DNA of 64,000 nucleotides from a virus (Duplodnaviria; Heunggongvirae; Uroviricota; Caudoviricetes): IMG/VR virus record IMGVR_UViG_3300042887_005798; one strand, 5' to 3'. Shown piece by piece: positions 57,496 to 64,000 of this stretch (position 1 is its first letter; each line of letters starts with the position of its first letter). The notes under the pieces were generated by a model. It saw only the letters and a program-made list of their open reading frames with translations, ran no database searches and was not told where the DNA came from. The position numbers and the translations under genes were made by a program.

Positions 57496-58011
57496 ATGGA
57501 AAAATATTATGCAGGAATAGGGTCAAGATCAACACCAGAAAACGTTCTTGTTATAATGGAAAAACTTGGCGCTGTTTTAGCTAAAAAAGGTTATGTTTTA
57601 AGATCAGGAGGGGCTGATGGAGCTGATAAAGCATTTGAAAAAGGCTGTGATAAAGCCTGTGGGCTCAAAGAAATTTATCTCCCCTGGAAAGGTTTCAATG
57701 GAAATAATTCTGACCTCTACGCACAATGTGAAAAAGCTTATGAAATTGCTTTTCAATTTCATCCAAACTTATTTGGCACAAGTGAAGGCGTACAAAAACT
57801 AATGGCGAGAAACACATATCAAGTGCTTGGTAAAAATTGCCGAACAAAATCTGATTTTATTATCTGCTATTGTGAAGTAGATGATGAAGAAAATTGGCAA
57901 GGGGGAACAGGGCAAGCTTTAAGAATAGCTAAGAATAAAAAAATCCCCATATTTAATTTATATTTCAAAGATGATTTAGATAAATTTAAAAAGCATATTT
58001 TGAGCTCATAA
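57496..58011 (+). CDS. DprA/SLOG-family Rossmann-fold protein
   Basis: GIGSRSTP...RSGGADGADKAFEKG...motifs of the DprA/Smf-like SLOG fold; CGTATATAAAT 4 nt upstream. Confidence 0.5.
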   Translation: MEKYYAGIGSRSTPENVLVIMEKLGAVLAKKGYVLRSGGADGADKAFEKGCDKACGLKEIYLPWKGFNGNNSDLYAQCEKAYEIAFQFHPNLFGTSEGVQKLMARNTYQVLGKNCRTKSDFIICYCEVDDEENWQGGTGQALRIAKNKKIPIFNLYFKDDLDKFKKHILSS

Positions 58012-60831
58012 TATATCAACTGCATATCCTTTTACTTTTAAATTTTGTTTCACTACGTCTGGAATATTTTCATTATATTTAATATATTGAAAATCTAATT
58101 TATCTGCAAATTTTATAATAAAATTTTCAGATAATTGAAATTTTCTTGATATTTGGCGCCAATTATAATCATTAAATTTATGTGCAAATTTACTCAAAAA
58201 ATATTCAGGTAACGTTGTATTTTCTAGTATATCATTCATTTCACGATCAGGAATCTCAGCAATTTTTTCTTCAAAATCAACAAAAAATTCATTTGATAAA
58301 TTTTTTGTTGACATAAGAACTCTATCAAATTTTATTTTGTCAGCAAATTTTCTTATGTAATCTTCAGTAAAATTTTTATAGCGATAAAGATAACCAATAA
58401 ATTCTGAAATTTCATCGTAATATTTATTTATAAAATCTTCTGAAGGAATTTTACCGCTATAATTATCCACAAAAGCTTGAATAATAACTTCTTTTAAGCT
58501 AGGATATTTTTTTATATATTTTTCTGCCACTTGTTCATTGCAAGATTTATTATGAGAACAAAATTGTCTTACTATCCAATCTTGATTACGTTCAAAATTG
58601 TTAAATTTCTCAAAGATAAGGTCAAAAAATCTTAACGGAGCACTATATGCAAAACTAAATTTACCAATTAAATTTGGTATATACTTCATAATAAATTCGT
58701 TGTTGTTATAAATTTTTTCATTACCTGAAATATTATCCCATGCTTCATAAGGCAGATTAGTCATAGAACTAATTATTGCATCAATGATGTCGAATGTAAC
58801 AAACCTTAAGAAATAAGATGCGCCTTTTTCAAATAAATATTTTGCTACTTTAATAGATTTTGGTTGGACGTAAAAGCTACCAAACAGTTTTTTTTGTTCC
58901 TCACTACTTAAGTTTTCAAATTTTTCAAAAACAAAATCTGCTATTTCATGATCAGAAGAAAAAAGTGCTGCAAAATCCATATTCTTGGCTTGCACATCAA
59001 AATTATTACTTAAAAGCCATTGTATGGTAAGTTGATTACTGAATCTTGCTTTATCATCGTTGATCAAAATTTGCAAATCATTTTTTGCAAGTTGTTTTGA
59101 TAAAGCAAACATTGCTTGTGCGTCAGCTGAGTTTATGACTCTAAATAGATCTTTTTCATCAAGAGAATCTATTTTTTTACCCAATGATATTAAGAAATTA
59201 TTATTTCCATAACCAAAAGATACTCTATCAAGAATATATTTTTTTTGATCTGGCGTTAAGGTATCAAAATATTGATAATAAAAAGCTTTAAGCTTTTCAT
59301 CAATACCTATAGATAATATAGTTGCGAAATCAATTGGTTTATCTGTTTTAATATTATTGGAAAGGTAAAAAGCTGCTTTATATTGAGTTTTAACTTCAGT
59401 TTGTTTCAATTTTTGATCGATATCTTCCTGAAAAACACTTTGTTTATACAAGTTACTAAACAATTCGATATCTGAAAATTCAAATCCATAATTCCATATA
59501 AATACGGCATACCAATTTATATTATTGCTAGTTATCATACCATTAGCATAAAGTTTTCTAATTGCAGCCAGATTACTTAAAAGAACCCCAGATAAAAGAT
59601 TTTTGCTCTCGTTTGCAGGCAATGAACTTAAATAGTCAATTGTAAAATTATGTTCTGCATTAGATTCAACTAAACGCTTTTTATCAAAATCTTGATCCAT
59701 CAAAAAAAAGAACATTTCAGGAGACTGAACTTTCATGAATTGGTCTTTTGTAATTTTTCCTTCATTTATAAGTTCTGTGATTAAATCGAAATCATTTGAA
59801 CCCAGTGCTAAATTTTTAAGTTTGTAATCTTCAGTAACTTGTGCTTTTATTTCATTAATATAATTTGTTCTTCTAAACTCATAAGTATTTTTGTATTGAT
59901 TATTTGTAAATAACATATTTTTTTGGCTTTCTGTAATACAGGTACCTGTATTCAAGTACTCCCGAATTAAAATGTCTTTCAAAGAACTTTTCAAAATATA
60001 TCTTAGTTGATCATCAGACAAAAGATGACCCATGCCAATATATTTAGATTTATAATCTGATGATAATTTTTTAAACCATTCGTAATCGGTGTTTCTTTCA
60101 CTAAGTGTATTGATTTCTTTTTTTTCTTCTTCTGTTAATGGTTTATTAACAAATTGAGAAATATCTACTTCTTTTTCTTCTTTCAAATAGTCAAAATATG
60201 CTTGCCAATCTGTACCAAATTCAGCTATTGTACCAGTGGTGTTACCAAAATCAGTGAGTTTGACAACACCGTTTGCTTGCATATCTACCATCACTCTTTT
60301 CAAATTGTCTGTTCTTGTTCCATCTTGCACATAGTAAAAAGTAGATTGGTGATTAAGTCTGTATGAGTTATAAGCTTTAATACCTGTACCAGGTTGAGAA
60401 ATGCACCAAGTGGTACCCCTTCCAAATCTTATTGTATCATTGACATCATTGCAGGGATATACTTGAACTTCTCCAGCAATAAACTCTAAAGCTTGTAAAC
60501 TTTGTTGTTTTTTCTTTTCTTGTTTATATTCTTTTTTGTACATTACTTCATCGTACACGGGATCAACAGCTTCTGCTAAATCAGTTAAACTTTCACAAAC
60601 TTTTCCTAAAAAATTAACAGTTTTTTTATTAGTGTTTTTATCAGTGTTTAATTCAATTATGTTTTGATCAAAAAAATTTATTTCATCTAATTTTAATAAT
60701 TTTTCTTTTATATCATCAAGAATATATAAATCATTTGGAGAATTTTCATATTCTTCCCTAAAATGATTGTAAATTTTGGCAATTATATGTTCTTTTTTCG
60801 CTATAATTAATCTGCAATACCGATACCACAC
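58006..60831 (-). CDS. large hypothetical protein (941 aa)
   Basis: ORF track; no recognisable motifs by eye. Confidence 0.5.
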   Translation of the reverse strand: MWYRYCRLIIAKKEHIIAKIYNHFREEYENSPNDLYILDDIKEKLLKLDEINFFDQNIIELNTDKNTNKKTVNFLGKVCESLTDLAEAVDPVYDEVMYKKEYKQEKKKQQSLQALEFIAGEVQVYPCNDVNDTIRFGRGTTWCISQPGTGIKAYNSYRLNHQSTFYYVQDGTRTDNLKRVMVDMQANGVVKLTDFGNTTGTIAEFGTDWQAYFDYLKEEKEVDISQFVNKPLTEEEKKEINTLSERNTDYEWFKKLSSDYKSKYIGMGHLLSDDQLRYILKSSLKDILIREYLNTGTCITESQKNMLFTNNQYKNTYEFRRTNYINEIKAQVTEDYKLKNLALGSNDFDLITELINEGKITKDQFMKVQSPEMFFFLMDQDFDKKRLVESNAEHNFTIDYLSSLPANESKNLLSGVLLSNLAAIRKLYANGMITSNNINWYAVFIWNYGFEFSDIELFSNLYKQSVFQEDIDQKLKQTEVKTQYKAAFYLSNNIKTDKPIDFATILSIGIDEKLKAFYYQYFDTLTPDQKKYILDRVSFGYGNNNFLISLGKKIDSLDEKDLFRVINSADAQAMFALSKQLAKNDLQILINDDKARFSNQLTIQWLLSNNFDVQAKNMDFAALFSSDHEIADFVFEKFENLSSEEQKKLFGSFYVQPKSIKVAKYLFEKGASYFLRFVTFDIIDAIISSMTNLPYEAWDNISGNEKIYNNNEFIMKYIPNLIGKFSFAYSAPLRFFDLIFEKFNNFERNQDWIVRQFCSHNKSCNEQVAEKYIKKYPSLKEVIIQAFVDNYSGKIPSEDFINKYYDEISEFIGYLYRYKNFTEDYIRKFADKIKFDRVLMSTKNLSNEFFVDFEEKIAEIPDREMNDILENTTLPEYFLSKFAHKFNDYNWRQISRKFQLSENFIIKFADKLDFQYIKYNENIPDVVKQNLKVKGYAVDIL

Positions 60832-60848
60832 AATCTGTTTTTAGGTAT

Positions 60849-61523
60849 TTAAATTTTTTTTTCCTGCTTAAATATATCTTCTACAACTATTTTAATTTTT
60901 TCTTTGAACTCAGCTTCTGTTCCATTATTCTCGATTGTGTATTTAAACAAATGATGATAATTGTCTAATTCAGTTTCTGAAGAATGAGAAGATGATGGGT
61001 CTGCAGATTTGCTCAAAAACTTTTTATTTCTAGACACAATCTGATAAAACACAATCAAAAACGGTCTGAGCAGAATGTGTGAAGCCCAAGAATACTTAGT
61101 ATGTGAAAGACTTTTGAGCCACGCCTTATATCCGTGTAAATCCCTTTTAATATGAACAGTGTGCCCACCTTGAGAGTTGATAAATTCGATTTCATTTAAA
61201 TATCTTGCGTCAGTGATAATGTAGATTGTGTCTGGGTCTTGCATTCTCCAAAAAGCCAGTTTTACCCAATAATTCTTATCACAAAACTCTCTACGAATTG
61301 TGCCCCATCCTTGTAGTAAAGGTCTGGCAATTTCTTTTACATTGTCATCCTCAAACATATTTCTTGATAAGCCATTAGGTATAAGTAAGATTGTGTCTAA
61401 TTCTTTTTTGAGCTCATCAGCGAAAGCTACTCTTTCCACCTTCTTATCAGGATAAAGTTCTTTAACAATTCGGCAAAATGTATCTTTGCCCACTCTTTTT
61501 TTGTACGAACAGCTTATAATCAT
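60849..61523 (-). CDS. deoxynucleoside monophosphate kinase (T4 gp1-like)
   Basis: SYKKRVGKDT versus T4 GVKRSGKDT, YWVKLAF, ITDARYLNE and the C-terminal IENNGTEAEFKEKIK collinear with T4 dNMP kinase. Confidence 0.65.
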   Translation of the reverse strand: MIISCSYKKRVGKDTFCRIVKELYPDKKVERVAFADELKKELDTILLIPNGLSRNMFEDDNVKEIARPLLQGWGTIRREFCDKNYWVKLAFWRMQDPDTIYIITDARYLNEIEFINSQGGHTVHIKRDLHGYKAWLKSLSHTKYSWASHILLRPFLIVFYQIVSRNKKFLSKSADPSSSHSSETELDNYHHLFKYTIENNGTEAEFKEKIKIVVEDIFKQEKKI

Positions 61524-61572
61524 TATTATATATACGGTAGGTTTTTGATTAAATTTCTTTTAAAATAAGATT

Positions 61573-64000
61573 GTGTTAGATATAAAAAATAAACTTTTGT
61601 TTGCAGCTACAAAATTAACCGAAGCTCAAAAACAATATTGGGCTACTGTAATCACAGAAGAAATTTTTAAAGAAATAATTGAACACAAAGTTACAATAAC
61701 ACAAAATTTTATTTATGATTTGATTAACAATATTGATTTAAGTATAATTCAAAATTTTTTAAGATTCGAAAGAAATAAAATAATAGAAGAAAAAGTCAAA
61801 GAAAAAATAAATAAAACACCTGGCATAGAAAATTACACTGATGACGAGATTAAAGATTTAGCTGGCACAATGTCAAAAAATGTTTTTAAATATAAATCTG
61901 ATCAATGGTGGAACAAATTTTTGATTAATGGTCAATTACCTGAAGAAATTTTAGCAAAATTATCAGTGAAATATAACAGAGAAGATCTTGAAAAAAAATT
62001 AGACATGAAGTCAGTGGAAAAATCTGAAGTTCTAAATAAATTAAATGAGATGCTGGGAAGAAGTTCAGAAACAAACATGTCTCGAATAAAAACAATTGAC
62101 ACTGAATTTGGAAAAGAAACTTTTAAAAGACAATTAAATGACTTGGGTTTTGATTTTTGGTCTGAAGAAGCACCTGAACAAATCTATCGCTCTATGGTAG
62201 ATGATAATACAAAAATACTCCAAAAACTAAATACAGCCTATAATAAATCAGATAGAAATGAAGAAAAATTTTATGCATATTTGTGTGATTTATATGGTGA
62301 AGATTTGAAACTTTTGAAAGAAAGAATTCAACCATTAAAAGAAAATAAATTATTTGTAGAAGAATTTCCAGAAAAATTTAAATTTACATATTCATCACTC
62401 AAAGAAAAAAAAGTTTTATCTACTTTAAAAGAAGTTTTTAATATAAGATATATTCCCTCAAAAATGAAAATTCCATCACCAGAAGAATCAATTTATGAAT
62501 ACTTTTTAATTGACTTCATTGTGGTTTGCGATGTGTTAAAAAGCGATTTGAATGAAATAAAACAAAATGAAATTCCTGAAATTGAAACGGAAATAATGCT
62601 TGTTGGTGAATATTTCGGATACACCTTAAGTGAAAGTGATCGAAGAAAATTTGATTCTTTTTTGCAACAAAGATCTGAAAACCCAAACATTGATGAATAT
62701 AAATCATTAAGTAAAAATGAATTTAAAGTTGCTCAATATGATTTTAAACACAAAGTCAAAGTAAATGCAGAAGATAATTTCGCAAAAACAATTAATTGTA
62801 ACATAATACATTTTACTGAGCCAAAAACCGACAATCCAGAAGAAATTATAAAAATGATTCAAAAGGAATTAACAAAAAAGAATATCCTTTTTACGGTAAA
62901 CAGAGCGCCACAACGTGATACCCCTTTGGGAAGATTAATCACTTGGTATAAATCATGTAATCAAACTGATGAACAAAAACAATTTTTATCCAATTTTTTA
63001 AACATCAATAATCCTAACAATGCTGAAATAAAAATAAAATCTAGTGCACTTTCATTCATACTTGCGACAGAAAAAGAACTGGATGCAGCAATTTCTAGAA
63101 AAATATTAGAAGAATCAATTAAAATAACTAAACCTTGGATGATTGACGATAGTGTAATTGATAAAATTTCTAAAACATTTCCAGCAATAAAAGATCAAAA
63201 AAATCAAATAAAATCTATGTTGAGAAATTTTTATTTTGATTTATCTCCAAAGGAAATGAAATCAAAATATCTTAATTTGATTAGAACAGTACTTGGAGAA
63301 TCAAATTATGCAATTTATAATCAAGAACTGCAAAGAATTATAATTGAACAAGAAAAAAACATAAGATTTAAACTCAATTCATTGAATGAAAATGAACAAG
63401 AACTAAGCTCTCTCAAAGAAGAAATAAACAAAATGAGACAAAGTACTCCTTCATTCAAAGTTAAATTTCAAAAGATTAACGAATTAAAAAATTGTATCAA
63501 GCAACTAAGATTATCAGATAATGATTTAGAAAAAATAATTCAGTGGTGCAATGATATCAAAAATAAAGATGATAAAGAATTAGAACTACTCACTTTTTGT
63601 GAAAACACAGTGGTTTCTTTTAACTTGAGTAAAAATTTAAAAACAGGTTCTTTTGATTTATTGGAGAATAAAACATTAATGTACAACATCACAAAAGCAA
63701 ATATTCTAAAAAACATCGTGCGACTTTCAAGAATTGCAGATATACTTGATGAAAATACTGATAGTGAATCAGCAGAAGCAACAAAATTAATTGATGATGA
63801 AATAGGAAACTTAGCAAATGACATGCCAGTTTCAGATACAATTATTGATTCAGAAGATACGGAAAATTTGTTTCCAAGAGTGCCCACTCCAACTACAGAT
63901 GATAATTTAAAAACACAAGGTGATATGCCTCAAGAACTTAGAGGAATAGAAGAACAAGCGATGTATGATGTAATTAATTCAAGTGAATTTTCAGATATTT
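61573..64000 (+). CDS. large K/E/N-rich hypothetical protein, partial (continues beyond the window)
   Basis: Open frame with no stop from 61564 to the window end; the first in-frame start candidate is GTG at 61573 (first ATG about 61869); absent from the track because it is incomplete. Confidence 0.4.
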   Translation, partial: MLDIKNKLLFAATKLTEAQKQYWATVITEEIFKEIIEHKVTITQNFIYDLINNIDLSIIQNFLRFERNKIIEEKVKEKINKTPGIENYTDDEIKDLAGTMSKNVFKYKSDQWWNKFLINGQLPEEILAKLSVKYNREDLEKKLDMKSVEKSEVLNKLNEMLGRSSETNMSRIKTIDTEFGKETFKRQLNDLGFDFWSEEAPEQIYRSMVDDNTKILQKLNTAYNKSDRNEEKFYAYLCDLYGEDLKLLKERIQPLKENKLFVEEFPEKFKFTYSSLKEKKVLSTLKEVFNIRYIPSKMKIPSPEESIYEYFLIDFIVVCDVLKSDLNEIKQNEIPEIETEIMLVGEYFGYTLSESDRRKFDSFLQQRSENPNIDEYKSLSKNEFKVAQYDFKHKVKVNAEDNFAKTINCNIIHFTEPKTDNPEEIIKMIQKELTKKNILFTVNRAPQRDTPLGRLITWYKSCNQTDEQKQFLSNFLNINNPNNAEIKIKSSALSFILATEKELDAAISRKILEESIKITKPWMIDDSVIDKISKTFPAIKDQKNQIKSMLRNFYFDLSPKEMKSKYLNLIRTVLGESNYAIYNQELQRIIIEQEKNIRFKLNSLNENEQELSSLKEEINKMRQSTPSFKVKFQKINELKNCIKQLRLSDNDLEKIIQWCNDIKNKDDKELELLTFCENTVVSFNLSKNLKTGSFDLLENKTLMYNITKANILKNIVRLSRIADILDENTDSESAEATKLIDDEIGNLANDMPVSDTIIDSEDTENLFPRVPTPTTDDNLKTQGDMPQELRGIEEQAMYDVINSSEFSDI

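Noticed and set aside
58006-60831. Small plus-strand ORF 60154..60366 and other internal ORFs
   Set aside because: They are embedded antisense in the 941-aa minus-strand gene.

Overview
This is a roughly 30% GC window that codes mostly on the minus strand and is packed with short genes, most of which sit behind a few stereotyped promoter-like motifs. The recognisable genes include a T7/PBCV-type ATP-dependent DNA ligase (partial at the left edge), a T4-like dNMP kinase, ThyX, an NrdG-like radical-SAM activase, a Y-family polymerase, a LAGLIDADG homing endonuclease, a GH108 lysozyme, two sigma-70-family proteins flanking NusG, TyrRS, GatB, IF-3, YidD, DnaK, two ClpP-type proteases and signal peptidase I. 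I also recognise a tmRNA by eye. These genes are scattered among hypothetical ORFs rather than sitting in bacterial operon context, which fits a huge (jumbo) bacteriophage or similar virus-like replicon better than a chromosome, although a reduced symbiont cannot be excluded. The most interesting item is a compact type V-like CRISPR locus at 9.4-11.7 kb: a 468-aa TnpB/Cas12f-like RuvC nuclease directly next to a seven-repeat array of a GC-rich palindromic 28-29 nt repeat, with no cas1/cas2/cas4 in the window. Two diverged IS605-family TnpB-only elements share a conserved putative omega-RNA 3' module. Other unusual features are a strongly over-represented 9-mer (AGATTGTGT / ACACAATCT), a promoter motif TTTTCCAGGTTTAACA-N9-TATAAT upstream of at least seven genes, a cGTATAAAT-like element 4-10 nt before very many start codons (implying leaderless mRNAs), a tandem array of six translationally coupled paralogous small membrane-protein genes, a duplicated lipoprotein module and a duplicated terminator module. 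All calls rest on reading the sequence and the ORF track; no searches were run.
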